A stretch of 62,042 nt of DNA, the filler included, from Choristocarpus tenellus KU-1152 (taxonomy: Eukaryota > Protista > Phaeophyceae): NCBI GenBank assembly GCA_964200185.2. It is 9 parts of 9 records of this genome, joined end to end, with 100 filler letters (N's around TTAATTAATTAA, not from the genome) between each part and the next. Parts side by side here need not be neighbours in the genome. Positions count along the whole stretch, not along the records: positions 9,860 to 14,475 come from CAXNAD020013783.1; positions 14,576 to 29,698 come from CAXNAD020001055.1; 7 more parts are not named here. One strand, 5' to 3'. Below are positions 13,227-27,481 of the stretch, one piece after another (position 1 is the first letter of the stretch; the number at the start of each line of letters is the position of its first letter). The notes under the pieces were generated by a model. The model searched no databases, was not told the DNA's origin, and saw only the letters and a program-made list of their open reading frames with translations. Both the position numbers and the translations under genes were made by a program.

Positions 13227-15311
13227 TTTGAGCTGGGGTGAACAACTGCGACTGGTCTCGCCAGTTAGACCTCCCCACTACCTTCACCCCCTTCCTCCGT
13301 CCCAGCTCTGTCGACCTCAAAATGGAAAGCTCAAGCAAGACCTCGAGTACCAATCTATATCTCCTTCTTAATTTCGCTTCTTTATGACCTCCGGTCACCT
13401 ACGCTAACCTCTTCCCACCCGAAGTGATGCAACCTAGTTCTTCCTCAACTTTGCGTTGGCATAGACTGGTGAAGACTTTGAGACAAGGTAAGCGAACAGG
13501 CAGTGTACGTCAATCAACAAATGTTCTGGACTAGAATATGCTAACCGAGGCGTGTGGATGTGATGGAGAACAGTTCTTGGAGTTCAGAGGAAAAGTTCAC
13601 CTTGATCTCCTTGCAACACCACTTCGCCATCTCCCCCAATATTGTAGGAGACCAACAAAGAACCGCGCGAGATCGCCGCAAATGCACACTACAATAGTCT
13701 CCCTGTAATATCGCGCGGAATATGTACGATTTTGTCCATCCATCCATCCACCATCTTAATAAAAAATGCGAACTAATATTGTTCCATGATACTCCCTCAA
13801 TAACTCTTGTAACAGGAGGTGTACAACGTTGGATTCACTTAGTAGTGACAGAGATAGATTAAGTGTCTAGTGTTGGCTTCCTCAATTCTGTAGTTAAACG
13901 GAAGGTATTGCATCTATGAATTTCACACGTTGAACCCCATCAACCCCAAATATTTTGTACCCCAAAATATGATGTGGATTCATTATTAATATAATTTTAC
14001 ACCTTGGAAAAACTGTCTCGACTATTATATTTAGATGTGGAATTTACAACGAATTAATTTTATATCGCACTACTAACACTGTTGTAGTTGTGTCTGTCGT
14101 TACACTATTTAAGAAAGCGTGAGACGAAGAACGAGATGACAATGTCCAGGAGAGGTGGTCTAGGAAAAGTCTTTGGACGAGGAGCGACAGGGGGTTGGAG
14201 TGTTGAACACAACACGTGCGAAAAGCAAGGAACGAACGGAGGTTCCTCAATGGTTCGTACGGATTATGTAGTATGTAGTGCAGCAGATAGTAGTACAACT
14301 AACAGTGGATTTTAAAAATTGAGGATGGAGCGTACTATTGAGGATGGTTTTGACCGAAAATGGTGCGGAAAAGTGCCAATATGTTTTTTTTGGTAAATTT
14401 TGCGGCACTTTTTAAGGGCCCCTTTTTGAATGGGAATTTGTGCCGAATGTGGTCGTAGTACAGTGTGTGGGGGGCNNNNNNNNNNNNNNNNNNNNNNNNN
14501 NNNNNNNNNNNNNNNNNNNTTAATTAATTAANNNNNNNNNNNNNNNNNNNNNNNNNNNNNNNNNNNNNNNNNNNNGTGGTGATGAAGCCCCATCTTTGAT
14601 GGTGCTCGTCACTCCTAAGTTTGCACTTGTCCAACCTTAACCTTGTACCCTCTGTCACGGTTCGTCCTTGTTCGTGTGGTCCATCTTGCCCGGTGATTCT
14701 CTTCACCCTTCTTGCCTGAGTGAACCACGCCGCCACAGAATCACACAATTCACAGATGTAGTATTGAGAACACCTCAAACCATATTTTTTTTGTTACTAT
14801 AGATTTACGTTTATTGGAACTGTTTTGGAGTATTGGTCATATCTTTGCAACTATATGGTTAATACAGAAGAGAAGTACAGTAGTAATTGTTTTTTTTTAT
14901 GTTTTTGTCTCTTTTTGTTGTATGCGTACGTATTCAAGCTTTACAACCAACTAGAAGAATATTTTTTTCAAAATGACACTACATTTACTATCAATACTAC
15001 TATTTCAATCTATAAAATATGAATAGTCGACACCGCGTGAAAAAAATATCCCGCACCAATACACCTGCGCGCGATGAAAATCCCTGACAGAGAACCGATG
15101 ACGAAGTATGATACAACCTTGTTTTAATGAGTACGTTTCAACCCGCCTAGTTATTCCCCCCCTCCTACTTCTCTCTCCCCACCAGTCCACTCAGCAGTAC
15201 ATTCTCAACCACTTGAACCTGATATTCTACGAGGGTTTCGAATTGCTAAACTGCGCACGCACGTGAAAGGCGGGGAGCAAGAACAATCAAGCTGAACATC
15301 ACCTTTTGGAC

Positions 15312-18300
15312 ATGTTTCTTCCACGTTTGAACGTAGCTGGCCGGAAGGTGAGACATGGATGAAATCCCGCTCAGCTATTCGACGATATCTGGTCTATCGA
15401 GGTTGGCCAGTGAAATTGTCCTTTAGGAATTGAACAGCGGTGGGGTTAGCAGGTTCATGAACGTCATGTGTGTGAGCTCTCTCATCTGAAATCGAAGAAC
15501 ATGACGTTCAATCGAAATCATTTACTGTGAAACTTTGACATAAATCCATGATGCTGAGATTTCTTTGTGTCATTGTCTTGCTCTCCTGATCTTTCACACA
15601 AGGAACCTCGGTTTCGATCGTTTTCTTCTATGCATGGGGAGACTTGATCTTTCAAGTTTCCCTCCTGGCGTGTGTACCAATGGATCCTTTCCGGACTAGT
15701 ACTGATCAAGGTTAAGCGGCTTCGTTATTACTAAAATTTCAGATGGACATCCTTGTGGTTTCGATATCCTTTTGTGACCCTTATCAATAGAACACTTTGA
15801 CTGACATCACTCTTCATTGGACCCCGTATCAGGATATTTTCTTTGTATACCACTGGTAAGGAAAGATGGGCGAGCTCTATCCAATAATCGCCACAATCTC
15901 AGCTTTTGTGACCAACTCGTATCATCAAGATTTCCTGCTCGCTTTTGATTGGCACATGTCCAGAACCGGAAGCCAAAATTTATGCAGCAATCAACTGAAA
16001 CCCTTCGTCGTGTTAGGCAAAAGTTACCTCCTAGCTCCTCTTAATTGATGTTTACTCGGTGTTCCATGTATCGCTGCAGGTTCTGGCCTCCGGTCGGTCC
16101 GCTGTCCTTTCTCGAACACTCTCCACCAAGGCTGATGAAGTCTTCGCGGGAAGAGATACTGTGAGTCAAGCTCCAATGTTTGTCTGGATCTCCCTTGTTT
16201 AGACTCAACACTCGCACACATACTTGACGATTTTAGACCGTCATTGTTCATACCTTCGTTGACCTACTTACCACTTACCACATGGTACGGGATAGAAGGG
16301 ACTGTATAGGTGTACCGTCTCTGTTCTTGAGTAAACTCGTTTTTCTTCCCATCAATGCAGATATGAAAATAGGTCTGCTGTGAGCAGAAGTGCTGTGATC
16401 ATTGTTGTTGGGCACTGATATTAGTTATCCCTAGTTCCCTTTTCTCTTCAGGTTCTAAACATTTTGCCTAATCAGTCCACAATCTACCTCCTACATTCAC
16501 ATGTTCCTATTTTATCACAGGCCAATTTGTTTTGCCCTGACCCTACCCGTGATGATGAGACTACCCGCCTGTCCTTCCCTTTCACCTTCCCCTTACTTAA
16601 CCTTCCCCAACCATTGATTCCACTACCTGTTGAGTCTGCATTATTATGATCGTTTGACCAATTTAATGTACCACACGCCCTTACTTGATCTCTAGTTTGT
16701 GGGGAGGCACATTGGTCCTGGTGAAGCTGACATTGAGGAGATGCTGAAGGTGGTGGGCGTTTCTTCACTTGACGAGCTCGTGGATAAGACAGTTCCTCAC
16801 TCAATTCGTCTAGACAAGGTAAAAAGTAACAGGAGATGGTGTATTGTGGGTGCCTGTGGTTGAGTGCTGGATCTCTTTTCATTGGAGGATTTCTCTAGTT
16901 ATCAAGAGTTGCTGTCAAAGAAGGTACACTACTAAATTGTATGTAGTGATCACACTTTTCTTGGAGCACAGATGCAAGTTGAACAAGTCAAGTTGTCCAT
17001 GGGGCTAGAAGAGTGCTGAAGAATGTATGGGAAGTGTGGTGCTGATGTTGCTCAATTTGAGACAGCTGAGAGCAGTGAAAGGTGCTTTTGGCTAAGGATG
17101 TGTGGAGAAGTATTTTCAGGCATAATACAGAGTGGGAATGAGTTGGGGGATTTGGGGGAGGATGGTTTTACATATTTTTAGCGTAATATGTGTAATGTAA
17201 CGTGAATTTATGTGATGGGATTGAACGTATTGGAGTTTGTAAGTATGAGGATAGTGGTGTCCTGTATTATGATCTCGTTTGTGGGTGGAGGATGAGTTAG
17301 TGGTGTGAGTGACACAATATATTTCAGAGCATGAACCACTGTATTATTGCAATGTTTCTTTTGATATTAAAAAAGGGTGAGGAATTTGTGAGGGAATTTG
17401 GAGGTGGCTTGTGTAATAAATGGCTCCATACATACCTCAGCATAGTTGAAGAGGTGTGAATCATGTTTCTGTTCACCTTTGTTCATTAGTGGTATTATTT
17501 CAACAAATCTCGTTTGCAAAGAGTTATGACAAGTACGGAAAATGCTAGAAAATGGGTTGAAATAATGGGTTGAAATGATGGGTTTGTACTTATTTTGGAC
17601 GGGTTTTGTGTGTCGTGAGATTCTGCTTACTATCATGAATGCAATGAAAGCAGGATACATCAATTGCACCAAATCTGATAGAGCAGGATACACAAGAGAG
17701 CATAGTCAGCGAATATTTCCTTCTCCAATACCTCCCCATCCTTCCCTACACTCTCTTGGTGGATTTTGTCAATATGGTGTCAGGACATTGTACTCGATGA
17801 TGCCCTCACCGAGAGTGAAGCCCTCGCAAAGATCCGCAAGATTGCAGACAAGAACCAGGTGAAACTATTTTTTGTGAAGCAATTGAAACAGGGTTTGTTA
17901 CTGTGACTGCCAACTTTGTTCTTGTAATGACTGCCTTGTTTTTGTGGTGGTAAGCTGTGTTCATAAGAAGCAAAGTTCTCTCGCATATTTATTGGATTTT
18001 TTTTTTGCATTTTTTGACATTGCAGGTACTGAAGAGTTTTATTGGCATGGGTTACTATGAGACTACGACCCCCCCTGTAATCCTTCGCAATATGCTGGAG
18101 AACCCTGGGTGGTACACAGCCTATACACCCTACCAGGCCGAGATCTCACAAGGACGACTGCAGTCTCTGCTCAACTTCCAGACAATGGTGAGAGGGGTAC
18201 GGTTCACGTTTGATTTAAACAAAATGGAACTGTAGAAAGTGTATTTATACGAGTCACAATTTCATCGGTATTATGCTCCACAATACCTTGGGGTCTTTTT

Positions 18301-21300
18301 GTAAGAAGTGAGCCCCATGTATACCAGGTGAGTCTTGTGATTTTTCTGAAATCCTACCTCTTTTCTTGAAAGAGGATGGATCTAATTCTTGTTTTATTCT
18401 TTTCTTTCAAACTGCTACTATTCATGTGACACTTTCTGTCCATCTGCAGCTTCTTCTTTATCCCCTGACAAAACATGAATAAATGCCTTGTTGGTTAACA
18501 TTTGTTTTGCAGGTGGCTGACCTGACGGGAATGGACATGTCTAATGCCTCCCTGTTGGATGAGGCTACCGCTGCGGCTGAGGCCATGTCCATGTGAGAAA
18601 ATAATCATGTTTGATACTGTTGATGAACACATGTCTATTTTATAATTTTGATAGGCAGTTCTTCTCCTGTTGAGTTCCTGTATTAGGCATGCACACATGT
18701 GTGGTTAGTACTTCTAGGGCTAGTGTTAAGATGGAAAAAATGACAGGTGATCATAAATTTGAGCTATGTTGAGTACTGTGAGTACAGTGAGATGAATTGT
18801 GGAACTCATTTTAAGAATGTGGGAGATAGGGTATGATGTCACAGAGGGTTGTTTGACAAGGTTGCCCAATGTCCTCTCATTGCACTGTTCAGATTTTCAA
18901 CTTAAAGTAGACAAGCTTTTCATTTGCTGCCTGGGGTTGTGTGTAAGGATATGACTTAATTGCTTTTTTGTTGTGTGTGTGTGGCAAAGCATTGCTAATT
19001 CTTGCGTACTTTACTCACAAGTAGTTCGTCGATTTGTGTATTTCTACCGTGTTCAAAGGTGAACACCATGGCGTTTGAATAACAGCACCCTTGCCAACGA
19101 TCCAAACCCTGCCCCCTGCTCCATAATAATTGTTATTGGTGAAGGTGCCATGGTCTAAAGAATATGAAGAGGAAAAAGTTCTTTGTTGCTTCAGACTGCC
19201 ACCCTCAGACCATTGCCCTGGTGGAGACCCGAGGTGGTGCTATCGGGCTGGACATAGTGGTGAGTACGAGAGTCCTCAGGCAGGGACAATTGTTCTTGTT
19301 GATCCTCTCCCCGTTCCTTTTCCTCTGCCATCTGTCGAGACTCTTTGGAACTGGGCATTCGTTTTGTGTACTTTGAAATAGTGGATGCTCATGGTGGTCA
19401 GGGAGTAGAGAAGGCAATACTGCACTAGACATTTCATGTAACACAAGTTTCACTGTAAGGTTGTTCATTGTAGCAATCCCTCATGTTCCCTTTTGTACTC
19501 CCTGTTGGGTTTGCAGTTATGAAGAACTGATAATCCCTTCCTTCTCTAAGCTTCGTACCTGACCTTCCAATCTCTCTTTATTATTAGGTGGGCTCGCCGG
19601 ATTCTGTTGATTTCACGAGCAAGGAGTTCAGCGGTGCTCTCATCCAGTACCCTAACACATACGGAGTGGTTGAAGACCATGAGGCCTTTGTGAAGCAGGC
19701 GCATGAGGTGTGTTCTGTTGCGTGGGTTGTATGTAAGCCCACATAAGTGGCTATTTTGTCTTTCAACCCTTTGACTTGTGTGCTTTGAGAAAAAGATTGG
19801 TGTATGATATTGTCGTGCACATAGAAAAATCTTGCCAATGAAAGTGAGTTTCAAAGGTTCTTGTGATGATCCAATTGCTGTACGCATGCAGAATCTGGAC
19901 TAGAGTTAGATGAATTGTCAAGCATTTTACATACTTTGGGACAGGGGTATCATTATTTTGTTCTGGGTATGTCCTGCTCTTCACCCTCCTCTGCCTAACT
20001 ATTATTTTTCTACCCCAAACTTGAGATACTGCCTTCCTTCCCAACAAATTTCTATCCTACGCTGTTTCTATCCTACTTCATTGCTCTCATTACATCACTG
20101 CCCTCATCCCTTCATCTGTCAACTTTACTCTATTTGACATGAATGTCTTTGGTCAGTCTGGCACACTAGTGGTTGCTGCAACAGACCTTATGGCCCTTTC
20201 AGTCCTGAAACCCCCTGGAGAGTTCGGGGTGGACATTGCTGTTGGCTCAGCACAGAGATTTGGTGTGCCAATGGGGTGAGTGCTGTGTTGGGAGGGTAGG
20301 AAAAGTGAGGATGCTGAACTATCACAGAGAGAAGCAATACCGCACAACACATTAGAAGCTTTACAAACATAAACATAATTGTGCTGTCCAAATGTAATAA
20401 TTGTTCTTAACTTGTCAGGTGTACACACTCTGTGTTGTGTCCAAAACAGTTCCTCTTGGGTTCCTTCCACCCCTCTAATTCAACACATGTGAAGATATTG
20501 TGATACTGCACACTCCCAATGAGTATCCTGTTCTTGCTCAGTTCTTTGATGCCTACTCCTTCTGATGGTGTGGCCTGTCTCCTATTTTGGGGTGGGTTAT
20601 TTCTTTTGGGTGCGATTTGTTTTGATTGTAGGTATGGTGGTCCGCATGCTGGCTTCATGGCTACAAACACGTCATACTCGAGGCGTATGTCTGGACGCAT
20701 CATTGGTGTGACTATTGATAGCCTGGGAGGCCCTGCACTGCGCATGGCCATGCAGACGCGTGAGCAGCATATCCGGTGAGCGCCTTGTGGGTTGAGAGTT
20801 GCAATCAACACTCTTCTCATACATGGTTTATGACACTAGTTGCTACTTAAAAGCACTGAAAGTAAATGAGGTTAGAATTGTTTTGTTTTGTACCATTTTC
20901 TCCTAGTGCCTTGGTGTACATAATATCGCGAACCAACATTGATGTGGTTAGGATCAAGCAAAGTTAAAGACAGTAAGAGGAACAACACAATTGTCATCAA
21001 ATGTTTTTGTGATTTTTCAACGTCAGTAATTATTCTTTCTTCATGACAACAGCATTACATTGACCGATTCTGATCCTTCCCCTGCTGTAACACAACTCTC
21101 CGGTCTGGATCTTTGACAATTGGTGTACCACAGTCGTGACAAGGCAACCTCCAACATTTGCACAGCACAGGCTCTCTTGGCCAACATGGCGGCCTCATAT
21201 GGTGTCTACCATGGTCCTGCTGGTGTTAAATCCATCGCTGAACGCATCCACGGCATGGCAGCTATCACCTCGGAGGCTCTCAAGAAGGCTGGGTATGGAG

Positions 21301-24300
21301 TGCCTTCAGAACTGTTCTTCGATACCTTCAGTGGTAAGAACTTTGTTGATTTGTAGGACTCATGTACATTCAAAGGTTTCGGTTGTATTTGTGCCACCAA
21401 CTCGTTGTGGTGCTGATATTTTGACTGTGTGGAATGATAAACAGTATTGAGCTTAATGTAGTTCATCTTGAAGAACAATGCCACTGACTTGGTATTGAAA
21501 GTGGGGAGTTGTCAAGCTGTTTCTTGTAAATACCATACTGTGATGGAAATCCTGATGTTCTCACACTACCATCCACATGTAAGTACACTGTCTGGTTCAA
21601 TCCTGCTACACCAGATTTCATACTATATTCCCTTCCCTCCCCCCCCACTCCCCCCTTCATCTTTGTCTTGCCCTTTCCGTCTCACGTACCCTCTAATGCA
21701 TATATGCAGTGGATGTTTCGAAGGCTGGGAAGACCGCGGAGCAGGTGCGGGCTTCGTGTGAGGCTGTTGGGGCTAACATCCGGGTGGTGGATGACAACAC
21801 TGTGGGACTCAGCTTTGGAGAAGCTATCACCAAGGATGATGTTATTGCTCTGGTAATTTGCTTCTTTTTTGGCGTCGACAATTATGAGGATTTTTGTGTT
21901 TTGCACCTATGTTTTTCATTTTTTTCTCTTATCTATGAACAATTTTTTCAATGTTAGGTATGATACATATTTTTGTTTAGATACACTGTGTAGCATCACA
22001 TGCGTGATCCCAATATTTCTGCATGAGCAACACTTCAACATGCCTCAATAATATTTGCAAGCGGGCATACACTTAACAACTCAAATCCCTTCTTTCTTCC
22101 CAATCAGATACTCTCGTAGATTATAAAATGCACTTGGGTTCTAGCACATACATCTAATTTTATTTTCTATCTCCATTGTTTCCATGCCTTCTCAGTTGGA
22201 AGGCTTTGGCATCAAGAATGCAGACCTTGATGCTGCAGCTGCCAGTGCCCCCATTGATTTCCCAGAACACATGGCCCGTACCAGCACCTTCATGACCCAC
22301 CCTGTATTTAACACACATCACAGTGAGGTAAGTTGATTGGAGAATTTTGAAACAGTTCAGGGTCTTTTGATTAGGAGATGAATGGACTCCTATTCCCTCT
22401 TTTGTTTCATTGGTGACTTTGAAAAATTGTTCAAAAGATGTTTGATGACAGATCTCTTAGATTTTCGAAGAGTGGTTGAGCTAAGGCTTGTGCAATATGA
22501 GAGTTTGCACACTGATATTTTGCTTGTTATTGTTTATGTGCTCATGATGACAGTCCCCTCAAGTTGTTTTCGTATTTGTATTTGCTAGTGTCCAAAATTT
22601 CTCGCTTTGTTTGGTATCAATGTGATCCTAAATGCTGTCAGCGTGAGCATATATACTGACCTTTGCAGGTGAGCAATGAATACGCACGCCACAGAACAGA
22701 TACACGCAAGTATGTCTAGAGACATGATACGACACATAAAATTTTCAGCTTTTTAGAACAGGACCACCTTTTTGCAAAAGGTGCACAATATTAATTCCCT
22801 CTCCCTTCCCCCCCTCCTATCACCTGCTGACACCATCCCGTTTATCCCAATCGCCGTTGGAATCCCCTCATCCATCACAAGACTCAAATGCTGCGTTACC
22901 TCAAGAGCCTGGAAAACAAAGACTTGTCGCTGAATACCTCCATGATCAGCTTGGGGTCGTGCACAATGAAGCTCAATGCTGTGTCAGAGATGATCCCCGT
23001 TACCTGGAATGAGTTTGCGAACATGCATCCCTTTGCCCCTGCAAAGTGAGTTGTGGTCACCACGATAGCAATGAGAAGCAGTATTAATGTGTAATACTTA
23101 AGAGCAAGACTGGTTCCGTTTTAGCTTTTCTTAATGGTGTCTATTATTGTGTGTTGGCATTTCTCTACTAGTTGTCCCGACTGGTGTCCTTTTAGATTGG
23201 AGGATATGACTGTATTTTTAAGTGCCTGTTGTGTGTGGGACAGCATTCAATGAAAGCAGTTGCATTTCCCTTTTTTTTTAAATCCTTAATGCATGCTATT
23301 CTCAGGTACTACTTCTGAACCTCTTGAAACTTCTTGTAAACATTGTTTTAAATTGTTTCGATGCTTACCTGTTGGGTGTTTGCAGTCAGTGTGAGGGTTA
23401 CAAGGAGCTGATTGAGACTCTGCACGCAGATCTTGCAGAGATCACAGGGTTCGCGGCTGTGTCAGGGCAGCCCAACTCTGGGGCACAGGGAGAGTACGCT
23501 GGTTTGCTGTGCATCCGTGAGTACCACCTCGCACGTGGGGACACCGAACGGAATGTGTGCCTCATCCCAGTCTCTGCACATGGTACCAACCCAGCCTCAG
23601 CTGTGCTTTCTGGAATGAAGGTACTCTTGTTTCTTTTAGTGTGTTACATCTGTATGACTTTTTTTTGCTGGTTGTTGATTGTTAGACCTTGACTTTTTGA
23701 AATGGTTCTTGTGTGGATTGTATCATACTTTTGGTAGTTTTTTTTTAGTGAATGAAGGTCTTTCGGAGTGTATGATGTTTTTGTGAATGCGGGTTTGTAT
23801 GTTGTATTCAGTCTTTTTGTTTCTGGTCTTGTTTGGAAGTATGAGTGCTGTTCATAAAAGATGAGTTTGAAATGCTCTTGTTTTTTGTTCATTTTAAAGA
23901 AGTTTTATTCTTTTTTTTTGTTATTTTTGAAAATTGGTAACCTGTTGTTGCTGAAATACTATTCCAACCCCTGCCACCTCCACCTTTCTTTTCCATCCCT
24001 TGCTCATGAATGGATTCTTCTGTTTGGTACCCATTCATGCGTGTGGGCATGAACACAGGTGATTGTAATCAAGTCTGATGACAGTGGCAACATCGACATT
24101 GATGACTTGAAGGAGAAGGTGAGACTACTCTCTTTCTGTACACGTTGGTTTTAAGCACGTGTAAGTTGAGTATCAATAGTGAAGATGGAGGTATCACTGT
24201 GAGGTGAAGGCCAAAGATGATCACAGTGAAGGTGGCTTGGGAGGTTTGACCATTGACCTCTTGCGAGTACGTTTGAAGAGGTGGTATGTCCCTTTTGTTG

Positions 24301-27300
24301 TAAGGTGTTCCATTTGTAGTTTTGTTTTTGATTTGCAACCCCGTTAATGTGATGTCTGAAGTGGTTTGTTTAGTCTGTTTGGTCTGTTTACACTGTTCCT
24401 GTTAACATGTAGGAAATGTTTTGTTCTACAAGTTGTGATGAGTAATTTGAGGTGTCTTGTTGACGGCGCTCCTCACTGGTACTTTTGTACCTCAACTGCA
24501 CTCTGCTTTTTCTTTACTAGGCCACCAAGCACAAGGATAAGCTTGCTGCCCTGATGGTAACTTATCCGTCTACTTACGGAGTGTTTGAGGAGGGTATTAA
24601 GGAGATCTGTTCGACAGTGCATGAAAATGGGGGATTGGTGAGTTCTGTGTTCTTGAAGGGTATTTGATGTGAGGTTTAGCGTGCATTAAAAGTAATAAAT
24701 CCATGTGATTGGTGAAGAAATTGTACATCTATGTGTCCATTTGTTTTTGCAAAACTCCTACTATGACCTTGTTGATGAATAACCTTCAATGTTTTTTAAT
24801 CTCGATTCCTCTCTCGTTCAGGTGTACATGGACGGTGCAAACATGAATGCCCAGGTGGCGCTAACCAGCCCTGGCCACATCGGTGCGGATGTATGCCACC
24901 TCAACCTTCACAAGACCTTCTGCATCCCACACGGAGGGGGAGGACCTGGCGTAGGCTCCATCGGTGTTGCACCACGGCTTGCACCCTTCCTTCCTGGGCA
25001 CCCTGTGCGTAGGCCTTAGTTTCATTTGGTTGTGATGTTCAGTTGTGAACAATGTATAGAGTATCATCTCCAAGTGCTTTAAAGTATGAACTATCTGATT
25101 GAACCTACGGTATTTATCTTTTTGTGCACATGACAATGTTTGGTCTGGTATGAGTGCAGGTGCAGCCCTCTGGTGGTGAGGGCAAGGGGACTGTGGCCAA
25201 GACCACAGGAGCAATTGCAGCGGCACCTTTTGGAAGTGCAGCTATCCTTCCCATTTCGTGGATGTACATCAAGATGTTGGGAGAGAAAGGACTGAAGAAG
25301 TCTACTCAGGCATGTTATCGGTGTGAAAAATTGGGCCTTGCTTGTTAAGCCTTATTTTTGATCAAGTATATTGTACAATGAGTAGTGCACATCTTTGTGT
25401 TTGTGTGCTCTTGTGTCATCTGGTCAATGAATATTTCTTTATTATTGAGATGGATTCAGTGGGTTGTATGTTTTATGGAAACTGAAACAGGTATTTGGAC
25501 TCACCAGTGCATCTATGTTTTTTCCTCACTCATTGAAATTACATTTACAGGAGCAGTAGCGAATGGCTAGTGTTTATGGTCAAGGTACCAGCACAACCTT
25601 GATAAATTTTTTTATATGTGAACGTCTCATCCACCGTTTTGATTAGACCTGTCTAATGCAAATGTTACAAATTTGACATGCAGATGGCTATCCTAAATGC
25701 CAACTACATGGCAGCTAAGCTGTCAGGGCACTTTGATGTGCTCTATCGTGGTCGGGAGGGACTCAGTGCACATGAATTCATTGTGGACCTCCGTCCGTTC
25801 AAGGCTTCTACAGGGATCGTCGAGGAGGATGTGGCCAAGCGTCTGCAGGTGTGGATAATATGCAGATGCCACTGGGGGCCTTTTAGGCGGAAACTGAGAA
25901 TTTTTTGGAACTGAGTCTAGTTGTTGCCTGTGCAACACTAGTACCCTTCCAAATAAACCACTCTTTTACAGCTTCTACTTTAGCATGAAGCAGCGTTTTT
26001 ACATCAAGGATAAACACCAAAAGGTCTTTGCCTTAACTTCTCGTAGTTGCATCTGTTTGACCGAGTACATGTTTTTTTTTTTGTGAAAAACTGATAGGAT
26101 TTCCCCTCGCCTCTGTCATGAAGACATCAGCAATGAGGATAAACCTACCTGAAACTCTAGTAGTAAAACGTCTATTGGTTGTGTGTATGTTACGTTTGTG
26201 CAGGTTTGTGTGTCCTGTGTGCCATGCTTCCCTACCCCAATTCCTCTGATTGTCGAATTTTCTTGGAACTTCTCTTTCAGGACTTTGGTTTCCACAGCCC
26301 AACCATGTCTTGGCCTGTCCCAGGAACACTTATGATTGAGCCCACAGAGTCCGAGGACAAGGGGGAGCTTGATCGGTGAGTTTTTGATTTTTTTTTTTCC
26401 TTGTTCTTACTCTGGAGTATTATCTCCCCCTCCCCACTCCTCATATACCTCTCTTATTCTTTAACAGTATGTATGTTTAGCTCTCTATACTTCGCTATGT
26501 GAGTTTGTCTGTCATCCACCCCTAGTACCTCCCTCACTCTCAATTATGTTCCCTATTTTCTGGACTGTGACTGGAAGGTTCTGCTGGGCCATGATCAAGA
26601 TTAGGGAAGAGATTAATGACATTGCAGAGGGACGGGTTGCCATGGAGGAGAGGTGCGTTTTTTTCAGCATGGATTCCTCAGTTCTTGTCCTGGGTACAAA
26701 AAGGTTACCAACCATGACTCCCTCGACATCAGTGCTTTGAAAGTTGTCAACCTTTTCTGACAACAGGTAGAGATTCAGTATGGCAGGTCAATGTTGTAAC
26801 AGAATCAATATAGCATGGCAGGCAGTTCACAGTGTTTCAACTCAGCTTGGAGTAATGAAATGCAACACAATGCAATGCATCATCGTCAGTCCAACATCCC
26901 CCTCTACCACTGCACCGACTGATTGGTCAACAGCCCACTCAAGGCGGCCCCTCACACATGGGAGATGTGCTTTGAGAGTGAGTGGAACAAATCATACAGC
27001 AGGGAGACAGCAGCATTCCCTGCTCCGTGGGTAAAGGCCAACAAGTTCTGGCCTACAGTCGGGAGGGTGGACAATGTGCATGGTGACCGAAACCTGGTGA
27101 GCCACTAAAGCAGGAGGGTTTTAATGGGAGAGAGATTTTGTTTTGCCACAATTGCTAACGCTGGAAATCTGAGGGCATGGTTGTAAAGGCTGTGTTGGCA
27201 TTGGATCAAAAGGATCAGTCCCAGTAAAAGTAAGATACCTATGCCTAGGAACCTGTTGCAGTGACAGCATTCCCCCAAATGCCTGGATAACTCAAATACA

Positions 27301-27481
27301 AGTAGTAACCTTTTTCTAGAGAGTATGTGCTGGCTGTGAATGTCAGTTTACTGATTTCTAATGACAGTTTCACTTTTTCCCCTCAGAACTGCTAACCTAC
27401 TTCCCTACCCTTTTTGTCCATTTCGTCCAGATCTGCTCGTGCCCGCCCATGGACATATACGATGAGAGCATCACTGTGTGA
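15312..27481 (+). CDS. GLDC: Mitochondrial glycine dehydrogenase (decarboxylating), glycine cleavage P-protein; complete, 24 exons, about 995 aa
   Basis: Exons: 15312-15347, 16080-16160, 16696-16818, 17784-17858, 18026-18187, 18513-18592, 19145-19259, 19588-19707, 20157-20275, 20632-20775, 21134-21333, 21710-21852, 22196-22327, 22882-23045, 23386-23620, 24059-24118, 24521-24637, 24822-25004, 25160-25309, 25684-25848, 26281-26375, 26578-26652, 26934-27096, 27431-27481. They total 2988 nt in frame. Motifs include [26 protein letters not shown], the PLP-lysine motif [18 protein letters not shown] and the terminal GDRNL|ICSCPP. The N-terminus is R/S/L-rich, like a mitochondrial presequence. Confidence 0.96.

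Noticed and set aside
13407-13487. Possible first exon of a gene divergent from Rab2 (MQPSSSSTLRWHRLVKTLRQ then GTAAGC)
   Set aside because: No downstream exon or recognisable homology found; evidence is insufficient.
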